Positions 8,625-18,173 of a DNA stretch of 33,413 nt are shown in pieces (positions within the stretch are counted from its first letter, which is position 1; every line of letters starts with the position of its first letter). The stretch covers positions 1-33,413 of the forward strand of contig CAXULY010000050.1 of the NCBI GenBank assembly GCA_964252075.1, written 5' to 3'. Position numbers and translations under genes: made by a program. The stretch comes from an uncultured Deinococcaceae bacterium (lineage in GTDB: Bacteria > Deinococcota > Deinococci > Deinococcales > Deinococcaceae). The notes beneath the pieces are model-generated. The model was not told where the DNA came from. It made no database searches and worked only from the letters and a program-made list of their open reading frames with translations.

Positions 8625-9557
8625 ATGACGACCTTCACGGCCCCGCACGCGGTGAGCGCCCCCCGCCTCGCCCCCCCCGCCATTGAACTCAGCGGCGTCA
8701 GCAAGCGCTTCGGGACGGTCACGGCGCTGAGCGACCTGAGCCTCAGCGTGCCGCAAGGTCAGCTGCTGGCACTCCTCGGGCCGAACGGCGCGGGCAAGAC
8801 CACCGCCATCACCCTGATGCTCGGCCTGCGCCCCCCCAGCGGCGGGCAGGTGCGCCTGATGGGCGGCGACCCGCGCGAGGCGCGCACCCGCGCGCAGGTG
8901 GGCGCCATGCTGCAGGAAAGTGACCTGCCGGGCCTGCTGACCGTGCGGGAACTCGTCACGCTGTTCGGGCGCTTCTACCCGCACCCGCTCACCACCGAGC
9001 GCGCGCTGGACCTCGCGGACCTGCGGGAGGCGGCCGGCAAGCGCGCCGCGACGCTCTCCGGCGGGCAGCGGCGGCGCCTGATCTTCGCGCTCGCGGTGGT
9101 GGGCGACCCGGCGGTGCTGTTCCTCGACGAACCCACCACCGCCATGGACCCGCAATCCCGCGCGGCCTTCTGGCGGGCCATTGACGGCATGAAGGCGCAG
9201 GGCCGCACCATCGTGCTCACCACGCACCACATGGACGAAGCGGAGCGCGTCGCGGACCGCATCGTGGTGATCAACCACGGGCGCCTCATCGCGGACGGCA
9301 CGCCCGACAGCATCCGGTCGCGCGTGCAGGTGGCGCGCGTGCGCTTCACGAGCGAACTGGTGCTCGCGGAACTGCGCGCCCTGCGCGGCGTGGAGGGCGC
9401 TGAGGTGGACGACGCGGGCCGCGCGACCCTCACCACCCGCACGCCCGAGGCGCTGCTCGCCGAGCTCTTCGCGCGCGGCGTCACCCTGCAGCACCTGGAA
9501 GTCACGCGCGCCAGCCTGGAAGAAGCGTTCCTGAGCCTCACGGAAGGGAAGAACTGA
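8625..9557 (+). CDS. ABC exporter ATP-binding subunit
   Basis: GPNGAGKT, LSGGQ, FLDEPT, TTH. Confidence 0.95.
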   Translation: MTTFTAPHAVSAPRLAPPAIELSGVSKRFGTVTALSDLSLSVPQGQLLALLGPNGAGKTTAITLMLGLRPPSGGQVRLMGGDPREARTRAQVGAMLQESDLPGLLTVRELVTLFGRFYPHPLTTERALDLADLREAAGKRAATLSGGQRRRLIFALAVVGDPAVLFLDEPTTAMDPQSRAAFWRAIDGMKAQGRTIVLTTHHMDEAERVADRIVVINHGRLIADGTPDSIRSRVQVARVRFTSELVLAELRALRGVEGAEVDDAGRATLTTRTPEALLAELFARGVTLQHLEVTRASLEEAFLSLTEGKN

Positions 9558-9558
9558 C

Positions 9559-10353
9559 ATGACGACCCGCCTCACGCCCGCCCCCATCACCGCCAACCCC
9601 TTCACCGCCTGGCTCGCCCTGACGGGCAGCGAACTGCGGCGCTTCTCCCGCAACCCCATGCAGGCGGTGTTCACGCTGCTGTTCCCGGTGCTGTTCTTCG
9701 CGCTGTTCGCGCTCTCCAACCTGGACGGGAAGATCGCGGGCGTGCCCGCCGGACCGTACATGGTGGTCTCGTACGCCGCGTACGGCCTGATGCTCACGGC
9801 GCTCTCCACCTTCGGCACCGCCGTCGCGAACGAACGCGCAATGGGCTGGTACAAGCTGCTGCGCGTGGCGCCCATCTCGGCGGCGCAGCACCTCCTCGCG
9901 AAATTCGCGATGGCGCTCGTCGTGGGGTGCCTGAGCGTCACGGTGCTGATGCTCTTCGCGGTGCTGGTCGGTCACGTGGCCCTCCCGCTGGGCCTCGCCG
10001 TCACGATCCTCGCGCGGCTGCTGGGCGGCATGCTGGCCTTCCTCGCGATGGGCGCGGCGTTCGGCTTCCTGCTGAACCCGAACGCCGCGGTGCCGATCAT
10101 CAACATCCTGGTGCTGCTGATGTCCTTCTCGTCGGGGCTGTTCGTGCCGCTGCAGTTCGCGCCCGCCTTCATCCGCCAGATCGCGCCGTCCCTGCCGTCG
10201 TACCACCTCGCGCAGCTCGGCTGGGGCAGCATGGGCGCGCAGGGCACCGGCGCGGCGGGCGTGCACTGGCTGTGGCTGCTCGGGTACGGCCTGGTGTTCC
10301 TGCTGATCAGCGTGTGGGCGTACCGCCGCGACGAGAGCCGCAACTACAGCTGA
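9559..10353 (+). CDS. ABC-2 type permease
   Basis: About six hydrophobic segments; ER..GW...LR..P and SGLF.P motifs; follows the ATPase. Confidence 0.92.
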   Translation: MTTRLTPAPITANPFTAWLALTGSELRRFSRNPMQAVFTLLFPVLFFALFALSNLDGKIAGVPAGPYMVVSYAAYGLMLTALSTFGTAVANERAMGWYKLLRVAPISAAQHLLAKFAMALVVGCLSVTVLMLFAVLVGHVALPLGLAVTILARLLGGMLAFLAMGAAFGFLLNPNAAVPIINILVLLMSFSSGLFVPLQFAPAFIRQIAPSLPSYHLAQLGWGSMGAQGTGAAGVHWLWLLGYGLVFLLISVWAYRRDESRNYS

Positions 10354-10367
10354 ACGCCCCGCACCCG

Positions 10368-10397
10368 CGCGGGAAGACACACGGTGGTCTTCCCGCG
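10368..10397 (+). other. Intergenic stem-loop between permease and kinase
   Basis: CGCGGGAAGAC ... GTCTTCCCGCG perfect 11-bp stem with no strong U-tract. Confidence 0.55.
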
Positions 10398-10415
10398 TTA
10401 CCCTGGGAGGTAAGC

Positions 10416-11564
10416 ATGAACACGGACGCGCGCGCGGGACGCTGGCAGCGGTGGTTCTGGAACCTGTTCCCGCTGGTGTGGCTGGTGTACCTGCTCTTCC
10501 CGATCAGTGAGTACATCAGCCACCCCCACCCGCTCGGGCAGGAGGTCCTCGCGGCGCTGGGCCTCGCGGTGTTCCTGGCCTCGTGGATCTGGGTGTACGG
10601 CGCGTCGGTGCGCCAGCGCCACCACCTGTGGCGTCTCGCCTTCGCGTTCGGCTGGTGCCTGCTGCTGTACACGGCGGGGTTCTCCGTGATCGGGTACGCC
10701 GCCGTCACCTTCCTGATCTACGCGGCGTCCATCGCGGGCTTCCAGGCGAGCGCGCGCATCACCGGGTACGGGGTGCTGGTGGCCGCCGCGGGCATCTTCA
10801 CGCCCATGTGGCTGGGGCACGCCGTGACCATCACGGAAGCGCTCACCTACGTGGTGTTCGCGGGCGTCGCCGCGACCGGCAACCACGCCGGGTACCGCCA
10901 GTTTCTGTACCGCACGCGCCTCGCGCAGGTGCAGGCGGAAAAGGAGCGGCTCGCGGCGGGCGCCGAACGCGAACGCATCGCGCGCGACCTGCACGACCTG
11001 CTGGGGCACACGCTGAGCGTGATCGTGCTGAAAAGCGAGCTGGCCGCGCGCCTCGCGGAGCGCAACCCGCAGCAGGCAGTGCAGGAGATCCGCGAGGTGG
11101 AACGCATCTCCCGCGAGGCGCTCAGCGAGGTGCGCAGCGCCGTGCGCGGGTACCGCGGCAGCGGCCTGAACGCCGAGCTGGGCCGCAGCAAGGTCGCGCT
11201 GGACGCGGCGGGCGTGCGCCTGGAGTACGAGGGCGAACCCCTCACGCTGCCGCCCGCCGTGGAGTACGTCATGGAGATGGTGCTGCGCGAGGCCGTCACG
11301 AACGTCGTGCGGCACGCCCACGCGCGCCGCTGCCACCTGCGCGTCGGGCAGGTGGGGGACTGCTACGAACTGGAGGTGCGCGACGACGGCGTGGGCGGCA
11401 GCGGCCCCGAGGGCAGCGGCCTGACCGGCATGCGCGAACGCGTGCGCGCCCTGGGCGGCGACCTCACGCGCGAGACGCGCGGCGGCACGCGCCTCCTGGT
11501 GCGCCTCCCCACCCGCACGGACGCCAGCGCGGGCGCGCCGGGCGGCGCGGTGGCGCCCACGTGA
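10416..11564 (+). CDS. DesK-like membrane sensor histidine kinase (HisKA_3)
   Basis: ERERIARDLHDLLGH, REAVTNVVRH, DDGVG, GSGL.GMRER; GGAGG RBS. Confidence 0.93.
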   Translation: MNTDARAGRWQRWFWNLFPLVWLVYLLFPISEYISHPHPLGQEVLAALGLAVFLASWIWVYGASVRQRHHLWRLAFAFGWCLLLYTAGFSVIGYAAVTFLIYAASIAGFQASARITGYGVLVAAAGIFTPMWLGHAVTITEALTYVVFAGVAATGNHAGYRQFLYRTRLAQVQAEKERLAAGAERERIARDLHDLLGHTLSVIVLKSELAARLAERNPQQAVQEIREVERISREALSEVRSAVRGYRGSGLNAELGRSKVALDAAGVRLEYEGEPLTLPPAVEYVMEMVLREAVTNVVRHAHARRCHLRVGQVGDCYELEVRDDGVGGSGPEGSGLTGMRERVRALGGDLTRETRGGTRLLVRLPTRTDASAGAPGGAVAPT

Positions 11565-12163
11565 TCCGCGTGCTGCTCGCCGAGGACCAGGCGCTGGTGC
11601 GCGGCGCCCTGAGCGCCCTGCTGTCCCTGGAGTCCGACATTGAGGTGGTGGGGCAGGCGGAGGACGGCGCGCGCGCCCTCACCCTCACGCGCGAACTGCA
11701 CCCGGACGTGCTCGTGACGGACATCGAGATGCCCGCACTGTCCGGCCTGGACCTCGCGGCGCGCGTGCGTGAGGAACTGCCCGCCGTGCGCCTCATCATC
11801 GTGACGACTTTCGCGCGCGCCGGGTACCTGCGCCGCGCGCTGGACGTCGGCGCGCGCGGGTACCTGCTCAAGGACGCGCCCGCCAGTGAACTCGCGGACG
11901 CCATCCGGCGCGTGCACGCGGGCGGCCGCGCCGTGGACCCGCAACTCGCCGCTGAAGCGTGGGGGGAGCAGGACCCCCTCACGGAGCGCGAGCGGCAGGT
12001 GCTGCGCCTCGCGGGCGCGGGCCGCCAGAGCGCGCAGATCGCCCGGGAGCTGGGGCTCAGCGAGGGCACCGTCCGCAATTACCTCTCGGAAGCCATCGCG
12101 AAGCTGGGCGCCGCGAACCGCGTGGAGGCCGCGCGCCTCGCCGCCGAGAAAGGCTGGCTGTGA
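11561..12163 (+). CDS. NarL/DesR-family response regulator
   Basis: IRVLLAEDQ...DIEMP...GYLLKD receiver domain plus LuxR HTH (LTERE...GTVRNYLS); GTGA overlap with the kinase. Confidence 0.94.
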   Translation: MIRVLLAEDQALVRGALSALLSLESDIEVVGQAEDGARALTLTRELHPDVLVTDIEMPALSGLDLAARVREELPAVRLIIVTTFARAGYLRRALDVGARGYLLKDAPASELADAIRRVHAGGRAVDPQLAAEAWGEQDPLTERERQVLRLAGAGRQSAQIARELGLSEGTVRNYLSEAIAKLGAANRVEAARLAAEKGWL

Positions 12164-12169
12164 GTCCCC

Positions 12170-12640
12170 TCAGCGGACGGGCACCACGCACACGGGCGCG
12201 CGGCCGTCCGGCAGCGTCACGGTGAGGCTCAGCTGCGCGGCCTGCGTGGTGCCCGGCTCGCCCTGCCCGGTCACGGGCGCGCCCATCGGCTGCGGCAGCC
12301 CGCACAGGCGCGCCACGTCCCGCGCCGCCGCCCGCAGGGCGGCCCGCTGCGCGGGCGTGAAGCGCGCGCTGGGCGCGAAGGCCGTGACGGTCAGCTCGCG
12401 CAGCTGACCTGCCTCCGCGGCCGTGCGGGCGTTGCTGGCGAACACCAGCTGCAGGTCTGCGGCGGGCCGCGCCCACCGCACGCGCCACGCGCTGTACGTG
12501 GCGTGCGCCGTCTCGAACCGCGCGGACGACACCTGCCCGTCCGACGTGAGCTGCGCGATGGGATTCATGGGCGCGCCCCCGCCGGACGTGAGGAGCAGGG
12601 CCGTGAGGGGAACCAGCAGGGTGCGGCGCAGGGCAAACAT
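12170..12640 (-). CDS. Hypothetical exported protein
   Basis: Signal-peptide-like N-terminus; leaderless TACACT-N6-ATG. Confidence 0.6.
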   Translation of the reverse strand: MFALRRTLLVPLTALLLTSGGGAPMNPIAQLTSDGQVSSARFETAHATYSAWRVRWARPAADLQLVFASNARTAAEAGQLRELTVTAFAPSARFTPAQRAALRAAARDVARLCGLPQPMGAPVTGQGEPGTTQAAQLSLTVTLPDGRAPVCVVPVR

Positions 12641-12720
12641 GCCCGCAGTGTAGGGGCGCCCCGGGAGCCCTCCGCCATCTGGCGGAGGGCCCTGCGGGCA
12701 CCGCCGTATACTTGGTGCTC

Positions 12721-13293
12721 GTGAGGCTGGTCGTGGGGGTTTCAGGGGGGAGTGGCATGCCGTACGTGCCGCCGCTGCTCGCGGCGCTGCGCGCGCAGGG
12801 CGTCGAGACGCACCTGATCGTCACGTCCGGCGCCGCCCGCGTGATGGCGGACGAGGCGAGCGCGGGCGGCGCGCCCCTGCGCGTCGCGGACCTGGAGGCG
12901 CTCGCGAGCGTCACGCACAGCGACCGGGAGCTGGGCGCCAGCGTCGCGAGCGGGTCCTTCCGCACGGACGGCATGCTGGTGCTGCCCTGCAGCGCGGGCA
13001 CGCTCGCGAAGATCGCGTCGGGCTTCACGGACACGCTCCTCACGCGCGCCGCGCACGTGACCCTCAAGGAGCGGCGGCGCCTCGTGCTGGCCCTGCGCGA
13101 GGACCCCCTCCCGCGCCCGATGCTCATGAACATGCTCGCCGCGCACGACGCGGGCGCCACCGTCATGACCGCCAGCCCCGGCTTCTACCACGCGCCGGGC
13201 AGCGTGGAGGAACTGCTGCACTTCGTGGTGGTGCGCGTGCTCGACCAGTTCGGGCTGGACGCGGGCGGCCTGCGCCGCTGGGAGGGCGCGTGA
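12721..13293 (+). CDS. ubiX: Flavin prenyltransferase UbiX family
   Basis: LVVGVSGGSG, ASGS, PCS.GTL, RAA.VTLKERR.LVL..RE.P, PGFY; GTG start 8 nt after TATACT. Confidence 0.9.
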   Translation: MRLVVGVSGGSGMPYVPPLLAALRAQGVETHLIVTSGAARVMADEASAGGAPLRVADLEALASVTHSDRELGASVASGSFRTDGMLVLPCSAGTLAKIASGFTDTLLTRAAHVTLKERRRLVLALREDPLPRPMLMNMLAAHDAGATVMTASPGFYHAPGSVEELLHFVVVRVLDQFGLDAGGLRRWEGA

Positions 13294-13964
13294 CGGTCGC
13301 GGCGCTCATTCCCGCGGCGGGCAGCGGCACGCGGCTGGGCCTGGGCCCCAAGGCCTTCGTGGAGGTCGCGGGCCGCAGCCTGCTGGCGCGCAGCGTCCTG
13401 GCCCTCGCCCCATACGTGGACGAGGTGCTGGTGGCGCTCCCGGACGGCTGCCCGCTGCCGCAAGGCCTGCCCGCACGCGCCGCGCCTGGGGGCGACACCC
13501 GGCAGGCCAGCGTGCACGCCCTGCTCGGCCGCACAGACGCCGAACTGGTGCTGATTCACGACGCGGCGCGGCCCTTCCTGGCCCCGGACGTCACGGAGCG
13601 GGTGCTGGCCGCCGTGCGCGCCACGGGCGCCGCGACCGCCGCGCTGCCCTGCCCGGACACCCTGGTGCGCGCGGGCGGGGCGGGGGAGACCTGGGGTGAG
13701 GTGCTGCCGCGCGAGGGCACGTGGGCGGTGCAGACCCCGCAGGGCTTCCGGCGCGAGCTGCTGCTCGACGCCCACCGGCACGCCCTGACGGCCGGTCACG
13801 CGGGCACGGACGACGCGTCCCTCGTCGCGCGGCTGGGGCACGCGGTCGCGCTCGTGCCGGGCGACGCGCGGCTCTTCAAGGTCACGCGGCCCGACGACCT
13901 GCACCTCGCGGAGGCGCTCGCGCGGGTGTGGGACCGCGCGGATGGTAGGGTGGCGCGTGACTGA
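13290..13964 (+). CDS. ispD: 2-C-methyl-D-erythritol 4-phosphate cytidylyltransferase
   Basis: PAAGSGTRLG, PKAF, IHDAARPF, QTPQGF, TDD, KVT..DDL. Confidence 0.95.
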   Translation: MTVAALIPAAGSGTRLGLGPKAFVEVAGRSLLARSVLALAPYVDEVLVALPDGCPLPQGLPARAAPGGDTRQASVHALLGRTDAELVLIHDAARPFLAPDVTERVLAAVRATGAATAALPCPDTLVRAGGAGETWGEVLPREGTWAVQTPQGFRRELLLDAHRHALTAGHAGTDDASLVARLGHAVALVPGDARLFKVTRPDDLHLAEALARVWDRADGRVARD

Positions 13965-14793
13965 AGCGCGACGGTACTTCGCTCCCGCCAAGGTGAACTT
14001 CGGGCTGAGCGTGCGCCGCCCCCGCGCGGACGGCTACCACGAACTGCACGGCATCATGGTGCCGCTCAGCGTCGGGGATGAACTGGAGGTCGCGCCCGCC
14101 ACCGCCCTGACGCTGCACGTCCAGGGCGCGGACCTCCCCACGGACCACGGCAACCTGGTGTGGCGCGCCGCGCGCGCGTACCTGGACGCCGCCGGGGTCT
14201 CGGTGGGCGCTGCCATCACGCTGCACAAGCGCCTCCCACTGGCGTCCGGACTGGGGGGCGGCTCGTCGGACGCCGCCACCACCCTGATGGCCCTCTCGCG
14301 GCTGTACCCGGCGGGCGTGGACCTCGCGGCGCTCGCCCTCACGGTCGGCGCGGACGTGCCGTTCTTCCTGCTGGGCCGCGCCGCGCTCGCCGAGGGCGTC
14401 GGGGAGCAGCTCACGCCGCTGCCCGTGCCGCGCGTGCACCTCGTGCTCGCCCATCCGGGCGTCGCGGTGAGCGCCGGGCAGGCCTACCGCTGGCTGGACG
14501 ACGAGGAACAGTTCACGCCGCCCATGGACGTGGAGGCGGTGCTGGAGGCGCTCACGCAGGACATTCCGGTGCCGTACTTCAACGCCCTGCAGGCGCCCGT
14601 GCTGGCGCACCACCCTGAGATCGAGCGGGCGCTTACCGCGCTCGCTGCGCTGGGCCTGCGCAGCCCCCTCATGAGCGGCTCGGGCAGCACCTGCTTCGCG
14701 CTCGCCACCAGCGACGAGCAGGCGGACCAGGCGGCTCGCACGCTCGCCACCCGCCGCCCCGACTGGTGGGTGCAGGCCGCGTACACGCTGTAA
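13957..14793 (+). CDS. ispE: 4-diphosphocytidyl-2-C-methyl-D-erythritol kinase
   Basis: APAKVN, DGYHEL, GLGGGSSDAA, GADVPFF, MSGSGST. Confidence 0.95.
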   Translation: MTEARRYFAPAKVNFGLSVRRPRADGYHELHGIMVPLSVGDELEVAPATALTLHVQGADLPTDHGNLVWRAARAYLDAAGVSVGAAITLHKRLPLASGLGGGSSDAATTLMALSRLYPAGVDLAALALTVGADVPFFLLGRAALAEGVGEQLTPLPVPRVHLVLAHPGVAVSAGQAYRWLDDEEQFTPPMDVEAVLEALTQDIPVPYFNALQAPVLAHHPEIERALTALAALGLRSPLMSGSGSTCFALATSDEQADQAARTLATRRPDWWVQAAYTL

Positions 14794-14815
14794 GGGAAGC
14801 GCCCCGGCGCGCGCT

Positions 14816-15688
14816 TCAGGTGGGGGTGGCCGCCATGCCCAGCATGCGCGCGAGCCCGGCGCGGTTCCAGTCCTGCGGGCCCGCCCGCCACGACGCGAGC
14901 CACCACCACACGTACCGCACGCCCGCGAAGCGCCGCGCGAGGCGGTGCCCCTGCGCGAACACCGCGTCGTCCAGCGTCACGCCGCGCGCCGCGAGGGCCG
15001 CCCTGTACACGCCCGCCGCCTCCGGGGTGTCGAAGGTGTCCCCCAGGTCGAGGAACAGCGGCGCGAAACGCGCCTGCCCCCAGTCAATGACGCTCGCCCC
15101 ACCCGCCCGCTCAAAGATGTGCCCGTAATACACGTCCGTGTGGGCCAGGGTGTCCACGCCCGCGCCCGCCGCGAAGGCCAGCAGGTCGTCCGCGAGGCCG
15201 AGCGCGGACGCCTCCACCGCCTCCACGTGGGCCCCGAAGGCCGCCGTGAAGCGCGGGTCGAGCCGCGCCTCCTGCCACGCCGGGCGCCAGCAGCGCCCCA
15301 CGATGAAGTCCTGCAGGTACGGGCGGTCCAGGCGCGGCAGCCAGGGCAGCGCCTCCCCCTGCCCGAAAAACGCGCGAGCACGCCCGCGAGGGCCTCCGCG
15401 GCGCGCTGCCTCGCGCCCGCGTCCCAGCCGAGCAGGGTCGTGCCCACGTCCTGCATCACCACCTCCTGCGGCGCGTCCACATGCACGTCCGGCACGAAGG
15501 TGCGCGGCGCGCCCGCCAGGCCGTCCAGCGCCGCGAGGGTGCGGCGCTCCGTGAGGCTGCAGGGCTTCGTGACCAGCCGCAGGGTGGAGCCGTCCATCAG
15601 GTCCAGCGCGCCACGCCCGCACCCGCGCGCGCTCGCCCGTGAGGTGCCGCGCCGCCGCGAGCAGCAGTTCCGCGTTCGGTCCGGTCAT
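14816..15688 (-). pseudogene. APH/choline-kinase-like phosphotransferase with two compensating frameshifts (~15607 and ~15375)
   Basis: C-terminal LAHTD...HI...IDWGQA motifs are in one frame; N-lobe-like LVTK...ER..L...VVMQDVG...AAEALA is in another frame with host-like codons. Confidence 0.65.
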
Positions 15689-15785
15689 GCCCCCACGGTA
15701 CCGGAAACCCGGTGGAGGGCGCGGGCGTCGGCCTGCCCTTTCGTCCTTGCATAGCGGGAGAACTGCGCGCTTCGACCCCGCTCGG

Positions 15786-16550
15786 TCAGTAGCGGGCGCC
15801 CGCGAAGTACAGGCCGTGCGCGGGCACGTTGCGGCCCGCCGCGCCCCGGTCGCGGCCCAGCAAGATGCCCTGCACCGCGTCCGCCTGCACGCGCCCCGAG
15901 CCCACCTCCAGCAGCGTCCCCACGAGGCCGCGCACCATGTGCCGCAGGAAACTCTCGCCACGCAGGTGTAGCTCCAGCAGCTCACCGCGCTCCTCCAGGC
16001 GCAGTTCGCGCAGTTCCCGCACGGTCTGGCGTTCCTCGCGCGTCGCGAAGGCCGCGAAGTCATGCGTGCCGATCAGCGGGGCGGCGGCCTCCCGCATGGC
16101 CTCCACGTCCAGCGGGGCGGCCACGCGCAGGGCGCGGCCCTCCCACAGGGGGCGCCGCGCGTCCGCGCGCAGCACCCGGTACAGGTACGCGCGCTCCAGG
16201 CACGAGAACCGCGCGTGAAAGCCCGCCGGTGCGGCGCGCGCGGAGCGCACCGCGACGTCCGGCGGCAGGTGGGCGTTCAGGGCCGCCGCGAGGCGCTCCG
16301 GGGTGGGGCGCAGGCTGCCCAGGCGCACATCCACGTGCGCGGGCATGCACAGGGCGTGCACGCCCGCGTCCGTGCGGCCCGCCGCGACGGGCCGCGCGGC
16401 CTCCGCGAGGGCCGCGCAGGCGGCGTGCAGGGTGTCCTGCACGCTGCGCGCGCCCGGCTGGGACTGCCAGCCCACGAAGCGCGCGCCGTCCCACTCCAGC
16501 TCCAGGTGCAGGCGCGCCCAGCCGTCCGGTGGGGCGTACCCCTCCGTCAC
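15786..16550 (-). CDS. truA: tRNA pseudouridine(38-40) synthase
   Basis: [40 protein letters not shown]. Confidence 0.96.
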   Translation of the reverse strand: MTEGYAPPDGWARLHLELEWDGARFVGWQSQPGARSVQDTLHAACAALAEAARPVAAGRTDAGVHALCMPAHVDVRLGSLRPTPERLAAALNAHLPPDVAVRSARAAPAGFHARFSCLERAYLYRVLRADARRPLWEGRALRVAAPLDVEAMREAAAPLIGTHDFAAFATREERQTVRELRELRLEERGELLELHLRGESFLRHMVRGLVGTLLEVGSGRVQADAVQGILLGRDRGAAGRNVPAHGLYFAGARY

Positions 16551-17089
16551 ACGCGGTCGAGCGGGCGGTGCGGTCCCTGCGGCAACTCCACCGCGAGGGG
16601 GTCGCCGGGGCGCACCTCACCGCCGCGCAGCACCACGCCCATCACGCCCGCCTTGCGCACCAGCCCGCCCGCCTCGTCGCGCCCCAGCACCGCGGCGAGC
16701 AGGCCCGGCTGGAACGCCTCAATCTGCCCGCAGGGGTTGCGCAGGCCCGTGAGTTCCACCAGCGCCTCCGCGCCCAGGCGCAGGCGCGTGCCGGTCGGGA
16801 GGCCCGGCAGGTCCACGCCGCGCGTCGTGATGTTTTCGCCCAGCTGCCCGGCCGTCACCGCGAAGCCCTGCCCGCGCAGCTCGTCGAAGAGTTCCTCGTG
16901 TATCAGGTGCACCTGCCGCAGGTTCGGCTGCGTGGGGTCTTGCGCGACGCGCGAGCGGTGCTGCACCGTGACGCCCGCGTGCGCGTCGCCCTCCACGCCC
17001 AGGCCGTCCAGCAGCCGGATGGCGCCCTGCCGCTGCTTGCTGAAGTCGTGCGCCTTGCTGACGCTCACCGCCGTCACGTGGGCCCTCAT
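16547..17089 (-). CDS. MOSC domain protein
   Basis: [26 protein letters not shown]. Confidence 0.88.
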   Translation of the reverse strand: MRAHVTAVSVSKAHDFSKQRQGAIRLLDGLGVEGDAHAGVTVQHRSRVAQDPTQPNLRQVHLIHEELFDELRGQGFAVTAGQLGENITTRGVDLPGLPTGTRLRLGAEALVELTGLRNPCGQIEAFQPGLLAAVLGRDEAGGLVRKAGVMGVVLRGGEVRPGDPLAVELPQGPHRPLDRV

Positions 17090-17110
17090 GCCCTGCATTC
17101 TCGCGCGAAA

Positions 17111-17587
17111 TCAGCCGCTGGTGTCGTCCTCGAGCTGCTGGCGCGTCAGCTGGTCGCTGTACAGCGCGAAGATCTCTTCGATGCGCGCGTGCAGGTGGTC
17201 CGCGTCCGCCTGCGTGAAGCCCACCGCCTCGCGCTCCGTGACGCCGCTGTCCGGCGCGACGCGCCGCAACTCCAGTTCCGGCAGCGTCTCGTCCGGCTCG
17301 CGGCGCGTGAGGCGCACCCACCAGTTCGGCGTCTCCTCCGGGAAGGGCAGGTCCACGCTGCCTGTCGGTGAGCCCGCCTTCAGGAGGCCCAGCAGCGTCC
17401 CGATCTGGTGCGGCAGCAGGTACGTCTCCATGGCGTTGTCCTGCAGTTCAGGATCGCCGGGGTTCGTCATGACGCGCAGCAGCATGGCGGGGTCGTTGAG
17501 GTGCCCGAAGCGCGGGTCCGTCACGACCTTCAGGTCCACCGTGTAGGGCCCGCCGGTCAGGGCAATCAGGTCGCGGCCAAAAGTCAT
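17111..17587 (-). CDS. Conserved hypothetical protein
   Basis: 158-aa ORF with host-like codon usage, co-oriented with its neighbours. Confidence 0.7.
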   Translation of the reverse strand: MTFGRDLIALTGGPYTVDLKVVTDPRFGHLNDPAMLLRVMTNPGDPELQDNAMETYLLPHQIGTLLGLLKAGSPTGSVDLPFPEETPNWWVRLTRREPDETLPELELRRVAPDSGVTEREAVGFTQADADHLHARIEEIFALYSDQLTRQQLEDDTSG

Positions 17588-17656
17588 GCCTGCATGGTGC
17601 CGCGCCCCGGATGGGCCGCAGATGACAGGGAGCTTCAGCTCACTTGGGAGGCGCGC

Positions 17657-18112
17657 TCAGGCCACCCCGGCCCCGATGTTGGCGCTCATGTTCGCGAAGG
17701 TCTTCTCAATGAGTTTCCTCGCCTGGCTGTCCAGCAGGCGCCCACCGACGCTCGCGAGCGGCCCGCGCATGGTCGCTTCGCCCTGCCAGTCCAGCACGGT
17801 GGCCTGCCCGCCGTCCGGCAGGACGTCCGCGCCCGCCGTGAGGTCCACGGCGCTGCCCAGCCCGCCGCCCGACACCTTCACCGTCACGCGCCCCGCGTCC
17901 GGCTGCGGGTTCAGCTCGATCTTGAACTTGAATTTACCGCGCACCATCCCGACGCCCACCATCACGAGGGCGTCCATGTGCGTGGCGTCATGCACCGTGA
18001 CCTCCTGCACGTCCGGCAGGCAGCGCGCCACCTTGTCCGGGTCCTGCACAAAGATCCAGACCTGCTCGGGCGTCGCCTGCACGCGCTCCTGACCGCTGTA
18101 ATTGAGTTTCAT
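17657..18112 (-). CDS. CoxG/SRPBCC-family protein
   Basis: VW..VQDP..VA.CLP, G.LA.VG.RL pattern; GGAG RBS. Confidence 0.85.
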   Translation of the reverse strand: MKLNYSGQERVQATPEQVWIFVQDPDKVARCLPDVQEVTVHDATHMDALVMVGVGMVRGKFKFKIELNPQPDAGRVTVKVSGGGLGSAVDLTAGADVLPDGGQATVLDWQGEATMRGPLASVGGRLLDSQARKLIEKTFANMSANIGAGVA

Positions 18113-18173
18113 GGGGCTCCTTGGGACCAGAGGTTGTCAGGTTCGCTTTCCTTATAGCCTGCCGCGCCGCCCG

